Sequence record: PZ026127.1
Length of the DNA: 64,000 nucleotides
Reading direction: 5' to 3' (one strand)
Source of the DNA: a phage
Part shown: piece by piece, positions 9,348-21,050 of the stretch
Position numbering within the stretch: position 1 is the first letter of the stretch
Layout: every line of letters starts with the position of its first letter
The notes under the pieces: generated by a model
Seen by the model: only the letters and a program-made list of their open reading frames with translations
What the model was told of the DNA's origin: nothing
The model's database searches: none
Translations under genes and position numbers: made by a program

Positions 9348-12300
9348 TAATTTTTACCTGAGTTGGAACTTTAGGGTCTCTAGGATTTCCAATATCGTCT
9401 TTAAGACGCTTATCAACCAGTGCACGCCAATTGGCAAAGGTCACAGCACTTTGGTCAAACAATGGACTATGCTTTTTAATACGTTCGTGTGGTAATTGAC
9501 CTTGGAATACAGAGAAATCATTTTCCGCATCATAATCTGCAGGGATATCAAACGGTTCTCCTGCTTTAGGTCCAACGTTATAAACCGGAAGCCCTGTTCT
9601 AGGGTCTCGTTCTATATTACCATCAAAACCTATTACAGCAACTCTATCATACCATTCAGATGGCAAACCTGAGTCCCATTTGTAGTTCTTAAGGATATTA
9701 ATAATAGTTTCTGTATGTTTTAGCGTTAAACCTACGTTAACGAACATAGAAAGCAAAGTTATACCTACAAAGCCGAAACCTACTGGATGAACAAATCTCA
9801 AAACATCGTTGCGATAACGAGAAGTAGGGAGATTAGACTTAATGGTCATCACATAATAAGAACGGTTACGGTTGATATAGTCGATATTGTTACTCAAAAG
9901 CTCTTTACCACGTACGCCCTGAACAATCATACCCTTGAACGAAGTGCGTTCAGATTTAATCTCTTGTCCGACTATAAAACGGCCTAAAAGATTGTGAATG
10001 GTTAAACGCCATTGCAGTTTACCATCTTTGTAATTTCGTTCTATATAAGTAACATTACTACGACCTGTAGGAGTATAAATCGTTTGGCCTACGATATCTT
10101 CACTGATATTATCAGATTCTACGATGATATCATATTCGATAGAGTTCTTGGACTCGATATCAATTTCTACATCTTCATTGTAAAGCAATTTAAACAGGAA
10201 TTTATATGAAGCTTCGGTACCTTTTGTAGACCAAAAATCGGTTTGGCGCGCCTGGAAAAAACGAACTACTTCGTCGCGTTTTTCTTTCGACAAATAGATA
10301 TTACGCTTATAGATTTCCGACCACAAATATTCCCATGAATCTTCTTCACGTGGGTATTGGTTACGAATAAGATTCAACAAATTATTATAGTGTGTACCTG
10401 AGCCATCACTAATAAATTGGAGATAGTATTCACAGAATTTTTCAAAGTTGCTATCTTGAAGCAAATAACTATCTGGAATCATTTTAACCAGTAAAGGCTG
10501 GAGGTCCGGGTCTTGCTCACCAACTTCCTCTTTAGGTTTCCACGGGATTTCATGTTCTTGGTTTTGCAATTCAGCCGTAAACATAATTTCTTTAGGCTTC
10601 CAAATAACACGGACTTCATCGCGTACACGATAGTCGAATTCAAAATATCCAACCAATTCACCTGTAGATTTGTGAATCATCATTCCGGAAGAATATTTCT
10701 TAAAGCCGTTGAACTCTATATTAGGAGATGTGACTTTACAAAAACCTTTATTCCAAATCTCATGAACAATACGTTCAGGTGAAGAACCACTGTTCAGGTC
10801 GATAATTTTCTGGTATAAAGCATCATTATAAACAACCATCGCATGGTCGCTAGTAGTAATCCACGAACGGGTTCCATCGCGTCGAGACCAACTAAAGAAT
10901 GGTTCGGCATAATAAGCCATACGCCCAGGTTTAAATTCTTTGAAATCGGATTTAGAGTTAGACCTAAAACTCATCATCAAATAATGTTTATCGTGAATCC
11001 ATTGTTCATCTTTAACATATTTAACGGCGGAGGTGACAATTTCAGGGTATTCCAAAGGAAGCTCAGAATCAACCTCTACTTCATATCTAAAGTTGCTTGA
11101 ACTGAAAAATAATTCCTCTCCATCAGTAGACATGCTGGTATATCCATGCTCTATACGACGACGTTCTTCTTCAGTGTTTCCAAATACACGGGTCCATGTA
11201 TCAGTTGAAGTGTCTAACCAATAAACACCTTTGGATTCAGAATCAACCACATTGGATTCGACCGTAGGGTCCATTTTTTCTTCTTTAACTTCACCTGTAA
11301 TTAAAGCAAATGTATGGCCTTGGATAGAATCTAATTTATAACAAACAGCTTTAGGGTTCCCTGTGATAGTCGAATATCCGCTTTCAAATATCTTCTCTCC
11401 ATAAGTCGGAGAACTAGGGTCGGTGTCTATAGGGGCCTCAGATGTTTTTGCTTTATAAACTCTGTCTCTACCTGCAACATAAATGAAATCATCAGAAGCG
11501 CATATAGCTTCAGCAATAGTGGAAATAGGCAAAGGAAGTTTTGCATATGACCCAAATATCTCGATTTCAAATGGAAGGTCGATATCACTACCTATTTTAG
11601 CAAATGTTATATCTTGGGAGCTAAAACGGACATCATCAGCAGACCAACGAATATCACTTGATTTACGTCCGTAAAATATTTGGTCATAACCTAGAACATA
11701 CGTAGTAGTTTCAGTTTGGTAATGTGCCGTACGTGAAACAGGGTTACCTACTCGGTCATTAAACAAACGGATATAATGCCAGTTCTGCCCTTTATCATTA
11801 GAAACCTTAGCGGTACTTTGGAATCTTTCTAAAAGGTAAAGTACACCACCAAGTTCCATTAAAATAGAACGTTTAGGGTCTTTACAAACCGCTTGGATGC
11901 TTCCTTGGATTTCATGGAAACGGTCGGCTTTTAAAACATAATTTGATATAGATGACAAATGCGAATACGCTGGCGTAAAGTTAAAATCTTCACTCATCAA
12001 AGAAGCCATAATGGCGTCAGTATTAAAGTTCACATAATTCTGATTATTTTTTGTGAATTTTTCTTCAATAAATTTATTAGACAACGCGAATTCGCGCATA
12101 TGCTCAAATGTATATGCGTTGGTAGAGAAAGTTTCAAATTCTTCAGTGTAAACCCATTCAGACTGCTCAAACCCCTGGGCGGCCACCGCAACTCGCATTT
12201 TATAAAATGAATTAGGAGAAATGAATGCCTCTTCAAACCATTCGTTATTAGGGGTGTAACCTAAATTTCTCCAAAATAATCTATCGTCGGGAATTTCTAC

Positions 12301-12435
12301 ACCCGCATCCTTCGTTTGGGCCAGTTCTACGAAATAATAGAAGTTGGCGCCTACGTCATCCCAAAGAATGCTCACATGGTTAGCCGAGAGTTTATCAATT
12401 CTCAGACTAGTAACATAAGGCGCTTGTACAGACAT
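9340..12435 (-). CDS. 7: baseplate wedge protein gp7
   Basis: 1031 aa (T4 gp7 about 1032); synteny 6-7-8. Confidence 0.8.
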   Translation of the reverse strand: MSVQAPYVTSLRIDKLSANHVSILWDDVGANFYYFVELAQTKDAGVEIPDDRLFWRNLGYTPNNEWFEEAFISPNSFYKMRVAVAAQGFEQSEWVYTEEFETFSTNAYTFEHMREFALSNKFIEEKFTKNNQNYVNFNTDAIMASLMSEDFNFTPAYSHLSSISNYVLKADRFHEIQGSIQAVCKDPKRSILMELGGVLYLLERFQSTAKVSNDKGQNWHYIRLFNDRVGNPVSRTAHYQTETTTYVLGYDQIFYGRKSSDIRWSADDVRFSSQDITFAKIGSDIDLPFEIEIFGSYAKLPLPISTIAEAICASDDFIYVAGRDRVYKAKTSEAPIDTDPSSPTYGEKIFESGYSTITGNPKAVCYKLDSIQGHTFALITGEVKEEKMDPTVESNVVDSESKGVYWLDTSTDTWTRVFGNTEEERRRIEHGYTSMSTDGEELFFSSSNFRYEVEVDSELPLEYPEIVTSAVKYVKDEQWIHDKHYLMMSFRSNSKSDFKEFKPGRMAYYAEPFFSWSRRDGTRSWITTSDHAMVVYNDALYQKIIDLNSGSSPERIVHEIWNKGFCKVTSPNIEFNGFKKYSSGMMIHKSTGELVGYFEFDYRVRDEVRVIWKPKEIMFTAELQNQEHEIPWKPKEEVGEQDPDLQPLLVKMIPDSYLLQDSNFEKFCEYYLQFISDGSGTHYNNLLNLIRNQYPREEDSWEYLWSEIYKRNIYLSKEKRDEVVRFFQARQTDFWSTKGTEASYKFLFKLLYNEDVEIDIESKNSIEYDIIVESDNISEDIVGQTIYTPTGRSNVTYIERNYKDGKLQWRLTIHNLLGRFIVGQEIKSERTSFKGMIVQGVRGKELLSNNIDYINRNRSYYVMTIKSNLPTSRYRNDVLRFVHPVGFGFVGITLLSMFVNVGLTLKHTETIINILKNYKWDSGLPSEWYDRVAVIGFDGNIERDPRTGLPVYNVGPKAGEPFDIPADYDAENDFSVFQGQLPHERIKKHSPLFDQSAVTFANWRALVDKRLKDDIGNPRDPKVPTQVKIND

Positions 12436-12462
12436 TAAATCTCCTTAAACCTCCGAAGAGGC

Positions 12463-14421
12463 TTATATTGTAATTGGTTCCAACTCTATAGTTGTGTACT
12501 GAGGACGAAGGTCATCTTCAAATACGATTAAAGAACCGTCTTTGGTAAAGATGTTGTCTTGGTCTGGCCCTGCATAAAGTTCAATAGACTGGACTTCAAA
12601 ACGGTCGGAAGTAAGGCCTATTGCGGCAATATCCCAGAAAATAAAATCTGAGTAATAATCAATTTCGCCAATAACATAGTAGACTGATTGGTCTGCAGGC
12701 GCTGCCATTTTATCAAAGTCATCTCCAGTGTAAGGTTGGATGTATTGGTTTTCAATTACATCGCCAGGTCGGAAAGGACCTATAACCATTTTACCATCGC
12801 CTCGTTCGTCTTTATCTGTGGCAACAATACGTACGTTGTAAGATTTAACAACATCCGATACGTTTGTTGGGACGAACTCAAATTCACTAGAAGTTACAGA
12901 ACGGTTGGTGTATTGATTATAGTATTTAATACCCGCTTCAGGTGTTTTGAAGAAGTTTAATACCTCGCGAACCATTGTTACCGTAGCCGAAGAGCCAAGG
13001 ATACTGTGGTCTGCATTATCAATATAAGTCAACATTTTAGACTTGGCAAATCCATGGTTGAATATTTCAACTTCGTTAATATAATAACGGTCTATTTGAG
13101 AAAGGATTTGAGCCGTTAACCATTGTTCGGATTCCTGTAATTTGTTCAGTGCATATGAAACCTTAATTTTATGCTTCAAGAACAAGTAGTCAGGAGAAAT
13201 AACCGAAGGGGTAATAGGTGCCAAGTTAAATTCTGAAAGATAATTTTGGATATCTTCGCGTTGAACCGCAGTCAAATACAATCCTGATTTAGGTTTAATG
13301 GTAACAAAGGCGTAACCCGGTTTATTTGGGTCTGTAAAGGTTTGTACTGCTTGTACAATAGAACCAAATCGCTCCGAAACGAATGTATCGTAATCTGTAC
13401 CAGTTACAGCACGCATCTGGGCTTCACGTTTAACTACGGCCAATTCACGAATACGTTCAATATCTTCAGGGTCACCACCACCATCAGCACCTACATAATC
13501 CGGGTTTTCATCGTAGTTTTCTGTAATTTTTTCAACTGTAATATACGCCAAAGAATCCGCATAACTAAAGTCCACCGCCCCGTTAGCAACTTCACCGTCT
13601 GTACGAAGGTATTCTATAACAATGGTGGCATCTTTAACAGGTTTTAAACCACCAATATAATTAGCTTCTAATACCCCACCTGCAACTGATTTTTCAGCAA
13701 CACCTTCACCAAAGAAGAATTCAGTATTACCATCTACGGTTTCACGCATATAGTAAATTGTTGATGTACTACCAGCATGAACCATGGATTTATTAGTCCA
13801 GTTAGTCCATTCTGCGCCATCGACATAAAGTTTAACTTCCTGTCTATCAATATCCGGGTCACGAATAAGAATAGGAGTTTTAGGGTCATACTTAAGTTCA
13901 GTACGGATAATACGACCTTGTGCTAAAGATACGATAGGAAGATATTGGTTATTAACATCACGTACGGCAATAACGTTTTCCGTGGTAACAAAAGCATACG
14001 GGTCTGCTGAAGTATCACGGGCATAGGCCAAGAATTTAGTACCACGTGGGATACGAATATTCTTTTCATTCAGGGCTTGGGTACAGGTCAACATGATACT
14101 TGTTTTGGCTGCTGATTTAGAACTTGGCAAATAGCCGTTATCCTGTGCAGCCTGGACGACGGAGGAACGCAAGTTAGCAGTACCGATGAAAGATTCATAT
14201 ACCGCGGTATTAGCAAACTGCTGCATATACAGGGTGTTGTAAGCTAACATGTCAATCAGGATATTCATTCGCGAACCAACGAAATCGTAATCCTTAAATT
14301 CGTCCTGGCTAGAAAGCCAATCGATAATATTCTTTTTAATCTCTTCAAACGTAGCTCCCACAAATACTTTTGGGATAGCGTTAACGGTTCTTGTTAATTG
14401 GTAATTCGTAGGAGTAGCCAT
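12463..14421 (-). CDS. 6: baseplate wedge protein gp6
   Basis: 652 aa (T4 gp6 about 660); synteny. Confidence 0.8.
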   Translation of the reverse strand: MATPTNYQLTRTVNAIPKVFVGATFEEIKKNIIDWLSSQDEFKDYDFVGSRMNILIDMLAYNTLYMQQFANTAVYESFIGTANLRSSVVQAAQDNGYLPSSKSAAKTSIMLTCTQALNEKNIRIPRGTKFLAYARDTSADPYAFVTTENVIAVRDVNNQYLPIVSLAQGRIIRTELKYDPKTPILIRDPDIDRQEVKLYVDGAEWTNWTNKSMVHAGSTSTIYYMRETVDGNTEFFFGEGVAEKSVAGGVLEANYIGGLKPVKDATIVIEYLRTDGEVANGAVDFSYADSLAYITVEKITENYDENPDYVGADGGGDPEDIERIRELAVVKREAQMRAVTGTDYDTFVSERFGSIVQAVQTFTDPNKPGYAFVTIKPKSGLYLTAVQREDIQNYLSEFNLAPITPSVISPDYLFLKHKIKVSYALNKLQESEQWLTAQILSQIDRYYINEVEIFNHGFAKSKMLTYIDNADHSILGSSATVTMVREVLNFFKTPEAGIKYYNQYTNRSVTSSEFEFVPTNVSDVVKSYNVRIVATDKDERGDGKMVIGPFRPGDVIENQYIQPYTGDDFDKMAAPADQSVYYVIGEIDYYSDFIFWDIAAIGLTSDRFEVQSIELYAGPDQDNIFTKDGSLIVFEDDLRPQYTTIELEPITI

Positions 14422-14429
14422 TTTAATTC

Positions 14430-14723
14430 CTATTTTATGAATACTTTAGATGAGGCTTGTGCGACTGTATCTCCGCACGAAATAGGGTCTGCCATCTGGA
14501 CAGCCTTTTTGCCTGTAACATACACCTTTGATGTTCTAGGTTGGGTTACCCCACCATGGGTTTCATATGGTTTTTTAATTTCTGTGTGTTCTGTAATAGG
14601 GTCCCCGTCAACTAACACAGGAATACCACCTGTAAATACTTTACCTTGAGTGGCATTTATTACTGTAGGAGGCCACGCTTCATGACCTGCTGTTACGCAT
14701 TGGTTATAACTTAAGCCTGACAT
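14430..14723 (-). CDS. 5.4: PAAR-repeat spike tip protein gp5.4
   Basis: 97 aa, same length as T4 gp5.4; position between 5.1 and 6. Confidence 0.75.
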   Translation of the reverse strand: MSGLSYNQCVTAGHEAWPPTVINATQGKVFTGGIPVLVDGDPITEHTEIKKPYETHGGVTQPRTSKVYVTGKKAVQMADPISCGDTVAQASSKVFIK

Positions 14724-15245
14724 TTATGGCCTCGCATATACGTATTCTCTTAATTGATTTGCCCATTTGGACCAATTACCGACAATAACCTTGGTATAAA
14801 CCTTAGTAAGGGTTTTTCTTACAGGAGCCGGAGGAGGGTCTATTTCGCTACCGGCCCTAGAATTACTACCGCCTGAGTTCCCTGTATCACCTCCTGATGA
14901 CTCTTCTTGAAAGTCATAGATTAATGTGACTGTGTAAGAAAACGTCTTCTGGAGATTACTAGGGGCTTTCCAGAGGTATAATTGAGTGTTACTATCGCCT
15001 GGTAAGTCTTTCCATGAACCGGCTGTTTTAAATTCATCGTTTAATCGATATTTCAAGGCATCTTCAGAGAATCCAAATACCGATTCGTAGGTTCCATATA
15101 AATGAGCTCCATCGACAATAATGCCTTCTGTAGGCTCATATTCTGTTATATTTATTTCAACTAATGTTTCGTTTGTTTCTAATTGAGCAGTAAACGTAAC
15201 ATCGATTGAGGCTCCTTCCATGGAGTCTCCTAAATCTGTGCTCAT
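14724..15245 (-). CDS. gene 5.1-like hypothetical protein
   Basis: ORF downstream of gp5; ORF-track start (15305) overlaps gp5, internal ATG at 15245 lies 10 nt after gp5 stop. Confidence 0.55.
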   Translation of the reverse strand: MSTDLGDSMEGASIDVTFTAQLETNETLVEINITEYEPTEGIIVDGAHLYGTYESVFGFSEDALKYRLNDEFKTAGSWKDLPGDSNTQLYLWKAPSNLQKTFSYTVTLIYDFQEESSGGDTGNSGGSNSRAGSEIDPPPAPVRKTLTKVYTKVIVGNWSKWANQLREYVYARP

Positions 15246-15255
15246 AGGTAAAATA

Positions 15256-16998
15256 TTAGCCAATGTCAATCCTCGAACCATCAATAGTATATTGACCAGA
15301 TGCAATAGAACTCATTGAAGCCATAGTCTCGGACCACGCACCTGCACAAGTCCAAGAAACGGTACCGTTTACTGTCCAATTTAAATTACCATTGGTCGTA
15401 CGAGTTTCATTACCTTCAACTAAGGTAGTTGCATCACCCTTAACAGTAACATCAGCATTTCCTTCAACAATAACAGTAACATTTCCTTTAACAAGCAGAG
15501 TTCCGTCACCTTCTACAGTTTTGGTTTCATTACCGCGAATATGGATGGTTTCGTTTCCATCAGTCTGACGACGCACGTTTGCCATATTATAATAGGTTTC
15601 ATCGCCACCAACGTTGACTTTATTATTACCACCAACATAAGTATTTGAATCGCCTTGGGTCATATAATAACCATCGGCTACCGTCTTAGAAGTTTTACGT
15701 CCATCAGGAGCAACTTCTTCATAACTACCGGTAGGATGGATTAAACGATATCGTTCTTGCCCTGGGGTGTTATCAAATTCTTGGATATGCCCACCTTCAG
15801 TTTGCATGGTTTGGACATATGGATATTCGCCTTTATAACTAGAATCAGGTTCTTTAAAAAGAATCCTTGTGTCTTCTGGAGTCCACGGGTCGGCAGGGTC
15901 CGAATTTGTAGGGGCCGCAAAGGTTTGAATCATTCTATACGAACGACCATTAAATGACCTTTCTTTAGGGGCCATAATACCATATGATTCCATGTTACCT
16001 GTGAGGATAATCATTGACACCCTTGATGCACGGCCTTTAGTTTGGTTAAACCATACTGAATTACGAGCTTCCTCAAATGCCTTTTTATAATCGCCTATTA
16101 GCATTGCACTAAGCATTCCACGGAATTTAGCCAAGCCGCCCAATCCCATTTGGAAAGCCATGTTTTCAAGAGCCATTTGTCTCGAACGGTTTTCTTTATT
16201 ATAAACAGGACCTACAACACTATGCCTGCCTATATCGTTTTGGACTTTTTTAAGGTCGTCTTGGAATAATTTAGAAACCTCGTCCATTGATATTGCACCA
16301 GGGTTACCTTTAACTTCTCGTCCTACCTGATTAGATAATATTTTGTTTATTTGATTCATATCTCTAATAGGTTGTGGTGTAATAAGGTGACCTATACCGA
16401 TAGTAGGGTATCCTTCGGTGTCCCAATATACCTTCAGTCGAAGCCCTTCATCACGGTGAAGCATGTTTTCTATTGTGAAATTAGGATTATCATCAGGCTT
16501 AACCTGGCTCAAATCTAAACCATCAGGATTAATACCTACATCGGTGTTTGCATCTTGTATTACGTTGGAAGTGGCATCATATCCAACTTCACCACCCCGG
16601 TTTAGTGCAGCGGCATCGTTACCTAAATAAAGTGGATATTGACCTGTCGGGTCACTAAAACCTTCATTAGGATTAGCCTTTTGTCTTGAAGCGGAACCGT
16701 ATGTACCAAGGACAAGTCCGTTTAATTTCCACTTATCAAGAAAGTGCCCGTAAACCTGTGTACCGGGGACCATACCAGTCATAGCGGTTTGGATACCTGA
16801 AACAGAGGCAGAAGATGTAGGCATTAATACCGACATCCATGGTAAATCTTCTGTACGAAGGCCTTTTACAGGGCCTTGTACTTTTTCATATGGATGCATA
16901 CCCCATACGCGCACGCGTACTCGGCCTTGTTGGAGTGGGTCCATTCGGTCTTCAACTACACCGACGAACCAACTTACATTATCAGACATGTTAATCAT
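15256..16998 (-). CDS. 5: baseplate central spike / tail lysozyme gp5
   Basis: 580 aa (T4 gp5 575); N-terminal OB-fold region, internal T4-lysozyme-like domain (...HRDEGLRLKVYWDTEGYPTIGIGHL...), Gly/Val-rich C-terminal beta-helix repeats. Confidence 0.9.
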   Translation of the reverse strand: MINMSDNVSWFVGVVEDRMDPLQQGRVRVRVWGMHPYEKVQGPVKGLRTEDLPWMSVLMPTSSASVSGIQTAMTGMVPGTQVYGHFLDKWKLNGLVLGTYGSASRQKANPNEGFSDPTGQYPLYLGNDAAALNRGGEVGYDATSNVIQDANTDVGINPDGLDLSQVKPDDNPNFTIENMLHRDEGLRLKVYWDTEGYPTIGIGHLITPQPIRDMNQINKILSNQVGREVKGNPGAISMDEVSKLFQDDLKKVQNDIGRHSVVGPVYNKENRSRQMALENMAFQMGLGGLAKFRGMLSAMLIGDYKKAFEEARNSVWFNQTKGRASRVSMIILTGNMESYGIMAPKERSFNGRSYRMIQTFAAPTNSDPADPWTPEDTRILFKEPDSSYKGEYPYVQTMQTEGGHIQEFDNTPGQERYRLIHPTGSYEEVAPDGRKTSKTVADGYYMTQGDSNTYVGGNNKVNVGGDETYYNMANVRRQTDGNETIHIRGNETKTVEGDGTLLVKGNVTVIVEGNADVTVKGDATTLVEGNETRTTNGNLNWTVNGTVSWTCAGAWSETMASMSSIASGQYTIDGSRIDIG

Positions 16999-17597
16999 AG
17001 CGCTTTTTCCATTTCTCTAATTAAAGCGGAAACAAAGGACTCGATGTCGTTAGGGTCTATAATCTTTATTTCGCGCTTATATTCATTTTTACGAATGGCG
17101 TCCTCGTAAATATCTACTGCAGCCAAAGGACCTTCATATTGAGGATAACGTTTTTCTGTATCACCTTTATCGTACCAAGTATAAGGATTTTCCGGAGTAT
17201 TTACTAGATTCCAGAATTTCTCACCCTTTTCATTGACATGATAAAGGACTTGGTTTCCGCCTGCAGTAGCATAACGTTGAATAGCTGCTTGATACGCAGA
17301 TTCTTGGCCTGTAATCCAGCCGTAATAAGGGTCATATACGTTATTACACATCAATAAAACCCAATATAATTGCACGTTACCATAAAGTTGATGGGCTAAT
17401 TCTTCTGGACGAGGGGCCCCACTGATATAATATGTTTTAAGTGTATAATTTTTAGCCACTTTATCAAAATATTCTTTATAGTTTCTAAATATATCAGTCA
17501 TCGGTACGCTCAGTACATCGGCATCAGTTAATGAGCCGGAATCTGGCTTGACTGTTTTTGATTCGTAATCGATAGGATCGAAAAATGAGAAGAGCAT
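16995..17597 (-). CDS. 53: baseplate wedge protein gp53
   Basis: 200 aa (T4 gp53 about 196); ATGA overlap with gp5; first gene of the minus-strand late block. Confidence 0.75.
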   Translation of the reverse strand: MLFSFFDPIDYESKTVKPDSGSLTDADVLSVPMTDIFRNYKEYFDKVAKNYTLKTYYISGAPRPEELAHQLYGNVQLYWVLLMCNNVYDPYYGWITGQESAYQAAIQRYATAGGNQVLYHVNEKGEKFWNLVNTPENPYTWYDKGDTEKRYPQYEGPLAAVDIYEDAIRKNEYKREIKIIDPNDIESFVSALIREMEKAL

Positions 17598-17642
17598 AGT
17601 GCCTCCGAGTATAAATAATATTAATATTTATAAGGAGGCACT
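17598..17642. promoter_or_regulatory. palindromic divergent late-promoter module (TATAAATA on both strands) between genes 53 and 4
   Basis: plus TATAAATA 17610-17617, minus TATAAATA 17625-17632, flanked by 9-bp inverted repeat AGTGCCTCC/GGAGGCACT giving identical GGAGGCACU-AUG leaders for both genes. Confidence 0.75.
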
Positions 17643-18092
17643 ATGGCCTACTCAGGGAAATTTAAACCTACAAACTTACAAAAATATAAAGGTGATTGGA
17701 AGAAAATCCAATATCGTTCCTCTTGGGAAGCATGGCTTATGCGTTGGCTTGACAACCATCCTAATGTCGTCCAGTGGAACTCGGAAGAGGTTGTGATTCC
17801 ATATTTTAGTAACGCTGATGGAAAGAAACGTCGGTATTTTATGGACTTCTGGGTTAAATTTGATACGGGCCAACAATTCTTTTTTGAAGTCAAACCTTTT
17901 AAAGAAACCCATGCTCCTGCGGTGCCTGTTAAAATGACTACGGCTGCTAAAAAGAGATATATCAACGAACACTATACTTGGTCTGTTAATACTGATAAGT
18001 GGAAAGCAGCTAAAGCTACAGCAGATAAAATGGGTATCACCTTTAGATTGATTACCGAACATTCACTGAAAAAATTAGGATGGAAAGGATGA
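17643..18092 (+). CDS. 4: head completion protein gp4
   Basis: 149 aa; MAYSGKFKP...YRSSWE...[10 protein letters not shown]... matches recalled T4 gp4 (150 aa). Confidence 0.9.
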   Translation: MAYSGKFKPTNLQKYKGDWKKIQYRSSWEAWLMRWLDNHPNVVQWNSEEVVIPYFSNADGKKRRYFMDFWVKFDTGQQFFFEVKPFKETHAPAVPVKMTTAAKKRYINEHYTWSVNTDKWKAAKATADKMGITFRLITEHSLKKLGWKG

Positions 18093-18916
18093 GTATATTT
18101 TCCTACATCAATGAGGCTACTGAAACCACAAAGGGTTCCAAGCCTACTCGTTCAGAACAACAATGGATAACTTTAGGCGTTGAATATGCCAACGCTAAGG
18201 CTAAAGGTGTCTCGGCTAAGAAATTCGCTGAAGATAAAGGCATCAAGTATTCTAGCTTTACATCTGCGATGTCTCGATACTCGAGTCGAATTAAAACTGC
18301 TGTACAGGTTGAAAAACTTCAGAAGAAACCTGGCAATAAATTAACCAAAGCCGAACGTCAATTAATTTTGGTGAATAGTTTTAGAAAGAGTATTCGTGAT
18401 AAGATTGCTAACGAAGGCGCCGCTGTAAACAATAAATCAGCTAAATGGTTTACAGAAACATTAAAGAAAGGAATTCGTGGACACCAGGTATCTAAACCGT
18501 CTCCTGGCAAGCTTTATGCTTATATCTATGACGCCAAGCACAAGGATACTCTACCGTATTGGGACAAATATCCTTTAATCATTTATCTTGGGTTAGGTAA
18601 GCATAATTTAATGTATGGGCTGAACTTACACTATATCCCGCCTAAAGCACGCCAACAATTTCTGGAAGAATTGCTGAAGCAATACGCGAGTACGCCTACC
18701 ATTACTAACTCGACTAAATTAAAAATCGATTGGAGTAAGGTAAAAGGATTCGCTGGTGCAGACGTGATGATTAAGGCTTATATCCCTGGAAATATCAAGG
18801 GCCCTTTAGTAGAGATAAAACCGTCTGATTGGGCTAATGTCGTAATGATGCCGCTCCAACAGTTCATGTCTAAAGGCAAGCGTTATTCAGCTCAGAAAGT
18901 ATGGAAGAATTCATAA
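18080..18916 (+). CDS. 2: DNA end protector protein gp2
   Basis: 278 aa (T4 gp2 about 274); overlaps gp4 end; synteny 4-2-3-1. Confidence 0.8.
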   Translation: MERMSIFSYINEATETTKGSKPTRSEQQWITLGVEYANAKAKGVSAKKFAEDKGIKYSSFTSAMSRYSSRIKTAVQVEKLQKKPGNKLTKAERQLILVNSFRKSIRDKIANEGAAVNNKSAKWFTETLKKGIRGHQVSKPSPGKLYAYIYDAKHKDTLPYWDKYPLIIYLGLGKHNLMYGLNLHYIPPKARQQFLEELLKQYASTPTITNSTKLKIDWSKVKGFAGADVMIKAYIPGNIKGPLVEIKPSDWANVVMMPLQQFMSKGKRYSAQKVWKNS

Positions 18917-18998
18917 TCTATTATCCCAGCCAGTTATTGAATGGAACAGACCTAGGACCATTATACACTGTCTGGGACTTAAGCAATATAGGAACCCT

Positions 18999-19589
18999 AT
19001 GAACGGTTTATTTAACCAAACTAACACTACTAACTTTATCTTAGAGGTTAGTGACGCAGGAATGACACAGGCATTCAAATTGAACGTACAAGATGTAACA
19101 CTACCGGGTATCCATATTCCGGTCTCAGACGTCCCAGGATCGACCCAGGGCATACATCGTGCTAAGCTGCCAGGTTCTACTGTAGAATTCGACCCATTGA
19201 TTGTGAACTTTCTTGTGGACCGTGAATTGAAATCGTGGCTTGACGTTTATAAGTGGATGTTGTCATTAAACAACTATGTAACCCATGATTCAGAAGCCTG
19301 GCATCCTAAAGGTCAACCGGAAGCTATCACCCTCCACATCCTTGATAACAACAAACAGAAAATCGTAATGAGCATTCATTACTACGGTGGTTGGCCATCC
19401 GACCTCTCGGAAATCCAGTACTCTTATAAAGAGGATTCTGACCCGGCGATAATCGCCACAGCAACATTCAACTTCAAATCGTTTGCTGTAGAAATAGATG
19501 GTACAATAGTTACAGGTCGTCCACAAATTGATTCGTATGCCGAACAACGAGTGGCTCGTATGTCTATGCATCCATCTATGAGAAAATAA
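18999..19589 (+). CDS. 3: tail completion/sheath stabiliser gp3
   Basis: 196 aa (T4 gp3 about 176); synteny between 2 and 1; assignment by position only. Confidence 0.65.
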   Translation: MNGLFNQTNTTNFILEVSDAGMTQAFKLNVQDVTLPGIHIPVSDVPGSTQGIHRAKLPGSTVEFDPLIVNFLVDRELKSWLDVYKWMLSLNNYVTHDSEAWHPKGQPEAITLHILDNNKQKIVMSIHYYGGWPSDLSEIQYSYKEDSDPAIIATATFNFKSFAVEIDGTIVTGRPQIDSYAEQRVARMSMHPSMRK

Positions 19590-20342
19590 TGAAACTAATA
19601 TCAATTGTAGGAATCAAACGTAGCGGTAAGGATACCGTTGCTAACTATGTAATCGAAAATATGGATTCGGTAAAATTTCAGCTCGCAGGTCCTATTAAAA
19701 AGTATCTGGCTGAAGCCTATGAATACATCTCTGATGACCCTGTATTCGACCGTAGTTACATGCCTAAACTAGATTTTAACTGTTTTGAAGGTATCGGTTA
19801 CGACCGTGAAGAAATCATTCCTTTAAAACCATATGATGTGATTGATATCTTTGAAAATGCTATTGTCAAACTGAATAATATCCTTCCTATTCCAGGAATG
19901 GATGTTCGTACCGCATATCATTATGGTCTTACCCCAGCCCAGTATCTGTCTGAAGAAACAAAAGACCAACTGTTTGAAGTAATAAATAAAAATAACAATT
20001 GGTCAGTACGTCGTCTCATGCAGACCCTTGGGACTGATATTATTGTTAACCAATTTGATAAGATGTATTGGGTTAAGTTGTTCGCTTTAGACTATTTTGA
20101 TAAAATATACTCTGATGCGAAATACTATGTCGTACCTGATGTTCGTCAAACACACGAAATTGATTCGCTCAGAGCGATGGGTGCTACGATTATTCATGTA
20201 GTTCGCGCTGAAACCGGTCAAGTACAAGACTCGCACATCACTGAAGCGGGTCTACCAATTTTACCTGGTGACGTTGTTGTTGAAAATAACGGCACTCTTT
20301 CTGAACTATACACCACTATTGATAAATTATTAGGAAATAAAA

Positions 20343-20350
<8 letters not shown>
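19589..20350 (+). CDS. 1: deoxynucleoside monophosphate kinase gp1
   Basis: 253 aa; P-loop GIKRSGKDT, ...KFQLAGPIK...WSVRRLMQTLGTD...MYWVKLFALDY... matches recalled T4 gp1. Confidence 0.9.
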
Positions 20351-21043
<693 letters not shown>

Positions 21044-21050
21044 GAACAAA

